From positions 54,845 to 118,844 of the forward strand of contig ADNK01001949.1 of assembly GCA_000320545.1 (NCBI GenBank): a stretch of 64,000 nucleotides of DNA, given 5' to 3'. The stretch is from Bigelowiella natans CCMP2755 (taxonomy: Eukaryota; Protista; Cercozoa). The position numbers and the translations under genes are program-made. Of this stretch, positions 40,040-48,833 are shown in pieces; the first letter of the stretch is position 1; each line of letters starts with the position of its first letter. A model generated the notes under the pieces. It was given only the letters and a program-made list of their open reading frames with translations, made no database searches and was not told the DNA's origin.

Positions 40040-40459
40040 GGTGATTCGATCGATCGTCTGCTTGGATTCTAGAGAAGTCGCAGAAACAAGAATTCCTTTC
40101 TTTCTTTCTCTGCGACAATCAAAATTCGTGATTTTATGATTTTTCCCGCAGAAAAGACGAGGCGAATCTTATTGGCTTTAACTAGTTAAGAAAGGGCGTA
40201 GAGATTTGTCGGACGTATGAAATAGGTCCTATTTTTTAGATATTTTGATATTTTCTCAGACGACAGGCTGAAGTTGCTTTCCCCCTTCCACCCTCGGATG
40301 ATTCTTCCAATTGGATTCTTCAAATCGTTCTTTCTTGTGGGCCGTGCTACGTTCTAATTTTGAAGGACGTGTTGTTCTTATCTGTGCGATGCGATGTCAT
40401 CGATGCGATTGGTGCACATCTGAATGCACTTCACTTGCTAGCTAGCTTGGCAGCATGTG

Positions 40460-40785
40460 TGTTGCGCGTAAGGTGTTCACAGGCCGAGGCGCTACGTGCA
40501 CAAGTAGGCAGGGGGGGGGAAAGGCACGTTTGCTTCCTTTTGAAGAGTTGTGTTTATTTTTATTAAAGATTATATTTTTATTAAATCGTGCACTGCGTAA
40601 TCATTCGCGAAGCTTTCGCGAATGCCGCCGCACGTGGGGCAGCACACTTCCGGTGTGCTGCCATGAGTCCCGCCGGAACCCACGTGCCTATGCTGTATTA
40701 ATATCTACGTTATCTATATTCTATATCCGCGACAACCCCTTTGTTGTCGCACGTGACTTGTGCCCGCGTAGTGGTACGCGCTACA
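40460..40785 (-). repeat. 3' LTR (326 bp)
   Basis: Matches 45850-46175; ends form an imperfect 11 bp inverted repeat TGTTGCGCGTA / TGTAGCGCGTA. Confidence 0.95.
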
Positions 40786-40795
40786 CCTCCCCCAA
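40786..40795 (-). other. Polypurine tract candidate
   Basis: Minus strand GGGGGAGG directly precedes the 3' LTR. Confidence 0.7.
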
Positions 40796-40836
40796 GTCAC
40801 GTTGCTCCTTCCTTCCTTCCTTATTCCCTTAGACCT

Positions 40837-43800
40837 TCATCGCTTTCGGAACTTCACCAACCACCAGGTAATAGATTCCTCTCTAACCTTATCTCCTTTG
40901 TCGCTTACCCAGAACTCACCTTCGTCCTTAGGTTCGTGTCCATACCAGCCCTCTGCATCAAGGTCCCCCAGGACCTTATACCAGTGCTCAAAGGGTAAGT
41001 CGGGAACAGCTAGGTAGAGTAGCTGATATTTTCCGTCCTTTATTTTCATAGCTACCCTCTCCATATTTCGTAATCCAGGGTAGCCTAGATAGACAATCTT
41101 CATGCGCCAATCGTCGTTCACCCTGACCTTATTGTTTCCATATTCCACATCGAACTTAGGTCGGGGTCCTAAACAAGGCATTGCTCGCTCCCACACAGTA
41201 GGGTTTACTTTAACATCCTCTAGGAGCTTCTCACCGATATCATAATTCTTTAGGTGACTGATGTGGCGCAAGGTGACCCTGTTCCCATCATAGATGTAGT
41301 ACTGCTTCCTCCCCTTCCTCTCGGTAACCTTTGCAACGCCACCCCAGAAGGGGTCTTGTTTATTTCTCGATCTCAGATTTACCTTGGCCCTAACATACTG
41401 TCCTTCCTTTAGAACTCGGCCATCGTACGGGACCTTCTCGTCTTCGCTCTCGGTATCGTCGTCGTTGTCGTCGCCTTCTTCCCTCTCCTTATCCTTGATA
41501 CCTCCCCCAGACGTGAAGGTGTCGTTTACTAACCCTTGTATCTTGTCTGGTGTGGTGCTATTTATCCTGCTTAGGTTGGCCAAGGTGCGGTGGAGTCGCT
41601 CTACCTTGGAGTTGGACTGGGCATAGTATACAGGTGAGGCATCAATATTAGGGTGTGGTAGCTGTAGAAGAGAGGTCTCATTATCCACATGTAACTTCTT
41701 TGGTATCTTGTTTATGCTAACTTCATCAGGGATAGCCTGGAGCTCAGACTCCCAGGTACGGTAGCAGTTAGTAAGCCTCTGCTTATATAAGCCTTTGTTC
41801 TTCTTAGCAACGTTGACCTTGATAATCTTTTTAACCCAGCACTTTCCAGTGGCCACATCAACGAAGGTAAGGTAGTGATAGCCATCGTACTTATAAACAT
41901 CAATTTGCACGATATCTAAGAAGTTCCTTGCTTTGATTTTCTTAGATGCACGGCTCTTGCTGGACTCCTTGGTGGCGACGCCTGCCGCCTTCAAGCTGGA
42001 GCACCTGCAGCCACGCAGGTATGTCCTTATCTCTTTTAGCTTGTAGGGCCAGTAGTAATGGTAGAGTAGAGCAGTGATATGGTTTTCTCCTACGTGTGCA
42101 GGTCCATGGGCGGTAAAGAGAAGGGCTCCCCTGGTCCGCCGTGGCACGTAGGTACGCCTAACATTATTAGTGTATACATATATCCTATCACTAAGTACCT
42201 CATGCTTGTGTTTGTATTTATCCAGGTGTTCTTGAAGGTGCTGGAGCTCCTCTGGCTCAGGCAGGAAGTCGCCGTCCTCGAAGGTAATCGCGTTAACCAT
42301 AGGGGTGACCTGGGTAGGGACTTTCTTTTCGAACAGCCTGCTGAAATAGTCAGCAAGCTGCTTGTCTCCTGGTGCGTAGACCACTGTCCTCTTGTCCCTA
42401 AACTCTTCCGTGTCCGCCCTCATAGCTGCATACTCATCGTTAGGCGCTTCGAGCTTGCGGTCGATGCCTAGGAGGGGCTTGTGGTCAGTCATTAAGGTGA
42501 AGCTGGGCACCGACAGCAGGTAGTATCTTAGTTTCCTCTGCGCCTCAGTCATGGCTTTATACTCTCCTTTTGTAGGGCTGTACTTGGCCTCAGCTGCTGT
42601 GCAGGCCCTGCCCCACACCCGTATGATCTGCTGGTCTTGGGTAAGTACAGCAGCCATACCTAGCTTAGACCAGTCTGTCCATAGGGTAGCTGGTCTAGTA
42701 GTGTCTAGCTTAGCATTCAATAGGGTGTTGCTGCATAACTTTATTAGGTTATCGAAGTGGGCATCAAGGCCAGCCTTGGCCCACACCTTAGCGAAGCTGA
42801 GGCCTACAGAGTTCTCCTTCCGGTAAGCAGTAGTAAAAGCAGCTGCAGTCCTAGCGTAGGTAGGGGAGAACCTACGTAGTATCCAAGCTGCAGTCTGCAA
42901 GAATGACTTTAACTCCTTTGCATTCTTAGGTTTAGGGGCTTGCTGTAGTGCTGCTACTTTCTCGGGGTTTGGGGTGATGCGGCCTTGCTCCAGGTAATAT
43001 CCACACCACTTGATTCTTGTAGCTAGGAATGTACACTTCTGCAGTCTAATAGTAAAACCGAAGTGTGCAAACCTAATAAATATATTTTCCAGGAGGAAGA
43101 TCTGAGCGACGACTGTGTTGGTACATATTATGTCATCATCCACATACACAAACACAAACACCCACAACACAGACGCCATCCCATCATGTGTGTATGCCCT
43201 GTAGTTCTGACTACTGAACGCATCCCCTGATATGCTTAGGCCGTAAGGGAATACGACGAAGTGCCACTTCCTGTGCCTGCTGGAGAACGCGGTAATGGGG
43301 CGGGAGGTTTTGTGGATGGGTGTCTGCATGTATGATTCATTTTTATCTAGGGAAGAGTAGTATTTGTATCCTATGACGTGTTCAATAACGTCATCTATCC
43401 TTGGTGTAGGTGTCTGGATCCTCTTTATTACTCGGTTGTGGCGGATGAAGTTGTGCGCCAGGCGGAAGAAAGGGTAAGTAGGTTTCTTAGCTAGCACATG
43501 TCTCACGTTCCATGGTGAGTTGCTTGGCTCTATCTTCCCTTCCTTTGCCCATTCATTGATCTGCCACTCTATCTTTTCCCAGTCCGCTTCCGGTCGCCTA
43601 TGTTCTGGGTCATTGATGATGCACTCTTCGTATCCCTTCTTTAGCTCGATCTTTACTGGGGTAAGCTTGCTGGAGGGCTTCGTCGTCGGCTTGGTGATGT
43701 CAGAGTACTTCTCGTTTAATATTTTATTAATGTACTTTTTGCCTTTGTCGATATCCCAATCATCAGCTGGGGGGGTCTTGTCCAGTAGCTCCGTTATCTG

Positions 43801-45810
43801 TCGGATGGTCTTGCCGGGGTTCTTCTTCCGTAGCTCGGTAGGTGTAGGTAGCTTGTTGTCCGCTAGGTCCATAAACTCTAACGCATTAACGCTTGACTCA
43901 GAGGTCCACTCGTCAAGCCGTATCATGTTCTGGCTGATGGTCCTGCCTGACTTCTTTGGCAACTTAGCAAAGTATATCTTGTGATTGTAGAATGATATGA
44001 TCCCCCCTAATTTTTCTAGGGCATCCTGTCCGAGGAGTAGTTCCATGGATAAAGTCATGGCTACTCGGGTCTTGATTTGGGTCTCCGCGTCGCTGCCAGG
44101 TATCTGTAGCTTTAGCATTAGCTCACCGACGGTCTTCATGGAAGAGCTTCCGTCTGCTTGAGCATATTTACGTTCTTTCTTAGTCACTTGATCCAATAGT
44201 CCTAACCTTCTTACTGTGCTTAGGCTTATGAAGGACTTCGGCATGCTGCCACTATCCCAAAGGGCAGGTAGTTTCTTGTAGTCTCCGTAGCTGTCTTTAA
44301 CTTTAACCTTGGTCATAGCAACTTTGATAGTCCTGTTAGCGTCTTCGTCATTAATGTTGCATACTCCTAAGTTCTTTATGTCGTCTAGGGTCATGGGCTT
44401 GTCTTGGTCCTGCGTTGCTGGTACTGCTGTCTTCGTCGGCGCCTGCTTAAGGTGATCTAATATTCCGTTTATCTGCTGCTGTATAGCATTGATACTGTTC
44501 TGCTTTTTGTTCTTATATTTATTGTTCTTCCCGTTGTTGCTGCCTTGCCATTTGCTGTTGTTATATCCTTGTCCTCTGCCTTTCTTTCTCTTTAACTTCT
44601 CGTAGTGTTCGTTGAGCTGCCTGATCGTCATCCTGGGTCGTCCTTCTTTCCTGTCTCTGCAGTCTTTAGCGGTGTGTTTCCCTTTACGTGAGCAGTATCC
44701 GCAACGTCGGTTACCTTCCCTGTCCTTGTACCAGTCTCGCTGCGGCTTAATAGCGTTAATGTTTCCTATGCCAGGTACCTTAGGGCTGGTAAACTTGCGG
44801 TCCTGCTCCTGCTCGCGTAGGGATATAGCCTGCACTGCTGCCTCCATCGTGGTGTAGCCTTTCTCCGTAACGTAAGTGGATTCCTTTATCTTTAACTTGA
44901 ACTCTTCAAACCTTGCCTGATCATCACCTGTGTTGTAATTAAAATCATGTAGTTCGTCGATCATATCCTGGAAGCGCGTGGCAAAGTCTCTAACAGGTTC
45001 TCTCTCATGCTGCATCATTGCTCTGTATTTTCTAATAGCCTGGGGTAGGGAGTTAGCATCCTGTTCATTTACAAAAGCCTTCATTATCGCCTCAACGTCT
45101 CGTAGCCCACTAACTGTAGTGTGTATTTTCTCTAGCTGCCTGATCCGGGTCCTGCCTGTCTCGTAAAGGTCCATGGCTTGCTTTATTATAGCTAGCCATT
45201 TGAGCTTGTCGTTTTCGGTGGGGTTAGGGGTAAAGTCGCAGAGTATACTCCTAGCGTTCTTCCACCACCTCCTTGCCTCACCTCTTTTCCCGTTGTATTT
45301 CGTTATCATAACCGGTGCTGTTTTAACAGACATGAACTGGGTGTTCCGCTGTACCGGCTGCTGCTGCTTGACGGTGCTCTGGGTCGTCCCCCGCGAGGCG
45401 CCCAGACCCCCGTCGTTCCTAAACAAAGCTGCCCACTCTGGAGGTAAGTCTGCTTCGTAATCCATGATGTCCTGCATGATAGCTGCCCAAACATCATGTG
45501 TCTGATACTTGTATTCTATCGATACTTTCAGTTTGGCGTAGTTGCTCGCCCTGGGTCGCAAGGCTCGTAATGCCATTACGACCTTCTTGCTTTCGGCGGC
45601 CACGTCCTCGTCGTCCGCCTCGTAGAAGTTCTCCAGTGCCTCTGCTGCTGCATCTGCTTTCTTAATCCCGGGTGCTGGTCCCGGCGGTGCCTGTGGAGGT
45701 GTTCCTCCTCCTTCCTTAGCGTCCGTATCGCCCTTCCTTTCCTGTTTCTGCTCGTGCCCTTGCACGGCCTGCGAGCCAAAGTCCTGCTGTTCTTCTAGCT
45801 GCTGTGACAT
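40837..45810 (-). CDS. Gag-Pol polyprotein, 1657 aa, single frame
   Basis: Zinc knuckle CGYCSRKGKHTAKDC; protease LWDSGS; RT FPYGL and YVDD; RNase H LWTDWS...YSPTKGE...TDHKPL; integrase HGPAH..CRC, VQIDV, VDNE, SNSKVER; GPY/F-SH3-like segment; extra C-terminal domain. Confidence 0.96.
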   Translation of the reverse strand: MSQQLEEQQDFGSQAVQGHEQKQERKGDTDAKEGGGTPPQAPPGPAPGIKKADAAAEALENFYEADDEDVAAESKKVVMALRALRPRASNYAKLKVSIEYKYQTHDVWAAIMQDIMDYEADLPPEWAALFRNDGGLGASRGTTQSTVKQQQPVQRNTQFMSVKTAPVMITKYNGKRGEARRWWKNARSILCDFTPNPTENDKLKWLAIIKQAMDLYETGRTRIRQLEKIHTTVSGLRDVEAIMKAFVNEQDANSLPQAIRKYRAMMQHEREPVRDFATRFQDMIDELHDFNYNTGDDQARFEEFKLKIKESTYVTEKGYTTMEAAVQAISLREQEQDRKFTSPKVPGIGNINAIKPQRDWYKDREGNRRCGYCSRKGKHTAKDCRDRKEGRPRMTIRQLNEHYEKLKRKKGRGQGYNNSKWQGSNNGKNNKYKNKKQNSINAIQQQINGILDHLKQAPTKTAVPATQDQDKPMTLDDIKNLGVCNINDEDANRTIKVAMTKVKVKDSYGDYKKLPALWDSGSMPKSFISLSTVRRLGLLDQVTKKERKYAQADGSSSMKTVGELMLKLQIPGSDAETQIKTRVAMTLSMELLLGQDALEKLGGIISFYNHKIYFAKLPKKSGRTISQNMIRLDEWTSESSVNALEFMDLADNKLPTPTELRKKNPGKTIRQITELLDKTPPADDWDIDKGKKYINKILNEKYSDITKPTTKPSSKLTPVKIELKKGYEECIINDPEHRRPEADWEKIEWQINEWAKEGKIEPSNSPWNVRHVLAKKPTYPFFRLAHNFIRHNRVIKRIQTPTPRIDDVIEHVIGYKYYSSLDKNESYMQTPIHKTSRPITAFSSRHRKWHFVVFPYGLSISGDAFSSQNYRAYTHDGMASVLWVFVFVYVDDDIICTNTVVAQIFLLENIFIRFAHFGFTIRLQKCTFLATRIKWCGYYLEQGRITPNPEKVAALQQAPKPKNAKELKSFLQTAAWILRRFSPTYARTAAAFTTAYRKENSVGLSFAKVWAKAGLDAHFDNLIKLCSNTLLNAKLDTTRPATLWTDWSKLGMAAVLTQDQQIIRVWGRACTAAEAKYSPTKGEYKAMTEAQRKLRYYLLSVPSFTLMTDHKPLLGIDRKLEAPNDEYAAMRADTEEFRDKRTVVYAPGDKQLADYFSRLFEKKVPTQVTPMVNAITFEDGDFLPEPEELQHLQEHLDKYKHKHEVLSDRIYVYTNNVRRTYVPRRTRGALLFTAHGPAHVGENHITALLYHYYWPYKLKEIRTYLRGCRCSSLKAAGVATKESSKSRASKKIKARNFLDIVQIDVYKYDGYHYLTFVDVATGKCWVKKIIKVNVAKKNKGLYKQRLTNCYRTWESELQAIPDEVSINKIPKKLHVDNETSLLQLPHPNIDASPVYYAQSNSKVERLHRTLANLSRINSTTPDKIQGLVNDTFTSGGGIKDKEREEGDDNDDDTESEDEKVPYDGRVLKEGQYVRAKVNLRSRNKQDPFWGGVAKVTERKGRKQYYIYDGNRVTLRHISHLKNYDIGEKLLEDVKVNPTVWERAMPCLGPRPKFDVEYGNNKVRVNDDWRMKIVYLGYPGLRNMERVAMKIKDGKYQLLYLAVPDLPFEHWYKVLGDLDAEGWYGHEPKDEGEFWVSDKGDKVREESITWWLVKFRKR

Positions 45811-45826
45811 TGTTAGTCAAATCGTT

Positions 45827-45844
45827 TCCCGTGTGTGGAAGCCA
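45827..45844 (-). other. Primer-binding site candidate
   Basis: TGGCTTCCACACACGGGA starts 5 nt after the 5' LTR, complementary to a CCA-ending tRNA 3' end; cognate tRNA not identified. Confidence 0.6.
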
Positions 45845-45849
45845 AAGGT

Positions 45850-46175
45850 TGTTGCGCGTAAGGTGTTCACAGGCCGAGGCGCTACGTGCACAAGTAGGCA
45901 GGGGGGGGGAAAGGCACGTTTGCTTCCTTTTGAAGAGTTGTGTTTATTTTTATTAAAGATTATATTTTTATTAAATCGTGCACTGCGTAATCATTCGCGA
46001 AGCTTTCGCGAATGCCGCCGCACGTGGGGCAGCACACTTCCGGTGTGCTGCCATGAGTCCCGCCGGAACCCACGTGCCTATGCTGTATTAATATCTACGT
46101 TATCTATATTCTATATCCGCGACAACCCCTTTGTTGTCGCACGTGACTTGTGCCCGCGTAGTGGTACGCGCTACA
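45850..46175 (-). repeat. 5' LTR (326 bp)
   Basis: Matches 40460-40785. Confidence 0.95.
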
Positions 46176-47122
46176 TGTGGGCTAGCAGGGCTTGGAGAAC
46201 AGCTGCTTGGCTGTGCACGCGCCGCTTGCATCCGCCACGCAATGCCAAGCTGGACCGGTGTGCGCGCACCATGCTGGCACGCATCATGCACAAGTAGAAA
46301 TCTAGGAAAAGTGAGCGGCTATCGCTAGCTACCGCATGCTAGCATGACCGCTCTGGCGCTGTGGCAAATGGTGCACAAGAGATGTCCCACATTCCAGCAT
46401 TGTTGCACAATTGCATTTCCTGCCACATCCCACGCTAGCACCATTCTAGCGTTACTGTGCATGTCCACCGGCATCACTGCGATGGTGTGCGATCCCATTG
46501 TTGCTAGATTGGCCCAGCAAAACCTAGCTAGCTACGCTGCTAGTTAGCAAGGCTAGCTAGACTAGCTAGCTAGATGGTGTGTTGTTCACGATAAACAGCC
46601 TACACAACGACCATCGCAACAAAGGAAAAGATGAGATCTCTCTAGCTCTGCAACTACTCCAGCATTCTAGCACTACCTAAGCTGTGGATGTGCGCCTTCA
46701 TTTTCATCTTGTTGAATGTGGCTAACTGTGTGCACATGCTAGCATACTAGCATGAGAGAATCGAGTGCATTCTATCATAGTGTGCCAGTACGGTTTTATT
46801 TGCGCATTTTACAGCGCTACACACATATCTCAGCTTCAAAATATTCATCCTTGTACATGTAGGACTAGGGGAGCCAAAATGTAACATTGAGAAGCTTCCT
46901 TTTTTCTTTAATAGTTTTACAACAATGATGTAACAAACTCAGACGGCACGTATGAGCTTTTGAGCACGCCAAAAGAACCACACCAAATTTCACCCATATT
47001 ACGACTGCTGGTTATCTAAATAGCAGCCTTAGGTTGATTCTTTATTTACATTGAGGTACTCTCGCTGCTGTCGCCGATCGTTGTCGCCGTCGTCGTTCGC
47101 TTGTACCTACTGCCGCCATAGC

Positions 47123-48369
47123 TTAGAATTGGCCAGGAGCTTCCTGCTGTCCACTATGCTTACTGTACTGGCCACCTGTAGAACAGGACAACACATGAGA
47201 AAACAGTAAAGAAAACATCGGAAAAACATATGTGATACCTCACACAATCACTTTAACATATATCAATAGTATCAATGGGATTTTCTAACGAAAGATTTTT
47301 CTTGTAATTCTGTAATCCTTACCCTTGCAGCGTTTTCTGAGAGAAGCAGGGCAAAGGACGTGACGTCCCTTCGCTCGGCGCGCTTTCAACACGCGACGTC
47401 CACCTAGTCAAGATGATCACGAATTAAGGTCCAGTTTATCAATATTCTTTTATAAAATCCTAGCTTTCCTGTATTGATTTATTATAATATATAGAAAAAT
47501 GTATGTTTCTCGATGTCATCGTTTCGCACTATCTTCGCGATTTCCCGCCACCATAATTCGTAGGCATACCAGGTGTAGCACGGCGTGAGCGATATCCTGA
47601 AACCTTTTTGCGCTTGATGTTCGTGTGCTGCTCCATGGTAGATCCAAGAGACCTATTCATTGACGTCGATTTATGATGATGACGTTGATGATGATGCTGG
47701 TGATGATGATGAATACGATTTAGAAGAAGAACAGGAAATGATAAAATAGCTTAAGTTTATATTCATGTAGATCTATAGTACCTTTTATTGTTGTTCACAA
47801 CCCAGATATCCTCCCGGTTTAGCTCTGGAACGGAAACGAGGGGGGACGATACGATGGAGGGCATGGAGACAGATTGGATTGCTGGTACATTCATCATTGG
47901 ATGCATCGTCCTTGGTGCTGATATTCAATAAAGGACAATGAGTCATATCCCCCAATCCAAAATCTTTCGCAACTCCCACTTGTAAGACCTCAGTTCAAAA
48001 GTAAATAGAATTCTCTCCAACCCCAAAAAATAGGAATCATGGACCGAGATTTATTCCTAATGCATCTCGTCGAAATCGAAATTACAACAAACTATATGGC
48101 ATTATCAATATGTTAGAAGCGAGGAGGGCAGCTAAAGTAAGTGACTATAAAGTTTTAATGGGAGTGAAACTCTGTGAGGGGGGTATACCACGGCACGTTG
48201 CTCCAGACATCCTATTCATAACCATAGGAACTCCTAGCTGCTGTTGCGAGCCCATAAACCATGAAGCAGTAGCAGTACATGCAACAACTGCGAATGCTGC
48301 TCCCAGAATCGTGGTGGGTTTGTACCAGCTCCGCGAGGACTGTGGGGTGAGGAGGGTGTAGGACTCCAT
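47123..48369 (-). CDS. rpl34: Plastid ribosomal protein bL34, nucleus-encoded, bipartite targeting leader, 5 exons
   Basis: Exons give MESYTLLTPQ...ILGAAFAVVACTATASWFMGSQQQLGVPMVMNRMSGATCR | APRTMHPMM...VVNNNK | RSLGSTMEQHTNIKRKKVSGYRSRRATP | GGRRVLKARRAKGRHVLCPASLRKRCK | GGQYSKHSGQQEAPGQF, stop 47123. KRKKVSGYRSR..TPGGRRVL..RRAKGR is the bL34 signature. Confidence 0.9.
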
Positions 48370-48833
48370 AATTGGGTGGCTTGTGGGCGGCGCTACTATG
48401 TAAGATTTATAGATACTCATGAAAATTTGCAAACATACAGGAATATATGGATACATGTTACTAAGACATGAAATATTTTAATAAATCATTGTCGCACCAC
48501 ACAATTCCAAACAGTTATGGCGGAAGCTTCGAAGACGTATACCCCGCATTCATGGCGTTCGGTCTATTCGAGCCAAGTTCCACTTTCAAACAGCGGCACG
48601 GAAATTTCCATGTCGCAGCATTTGAAATAGGGCCAGAAGGCGGGGAATTGAAAAATAATCCCGGTACCAGCAAAAGGAGCCGCTACCGATAAATTATTTT
48701 TGATTTTTGTCGGAATTCGAAAGAAGTTCGTACTTCGAACACGTGTATCTCGCACTTCTTCGCGGGTAATTGGAGCTGAAAGGAGGGGGGGGGGGCAGAG
48801 CTGCCACGGTCGCCTGAACAGCCACTTACGGGA

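Larger units (their letters stand above)
40460..46175 (-). mobile_element. Full-length Ty3/gypsy-type LTR retrotransposon, recent insertion
   Basis: Two 326 bp LTRs that look identical, TG...CA ends, 4 bp target-site duplication TGTG (40456-40459 / 46176-46179), one intact gag-pol ORF with PR-RT-RH-INT order, PBS and PPT candidates. Confidence 0.97.
40380..46800. other. CTAG-rich, TpA-reduced island (40380-40459 and 46176-46800) split by the LTR element
   Basis: Both flanks of the element show the signature (cttgctagctagcttgg on the left; ctagctagctacgctgctagttagcaaggctagctagactagctagctag on the right). Confidence 0.7.

Noticed and set aside
40455-46297. Plus-strand ORFs in the LTRs and antisense to gag-pol as accessory genes
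   Set aside because: Short, without motifs, duplicated only because the LTR is duplicated, and their ends depend on flanking sequence.
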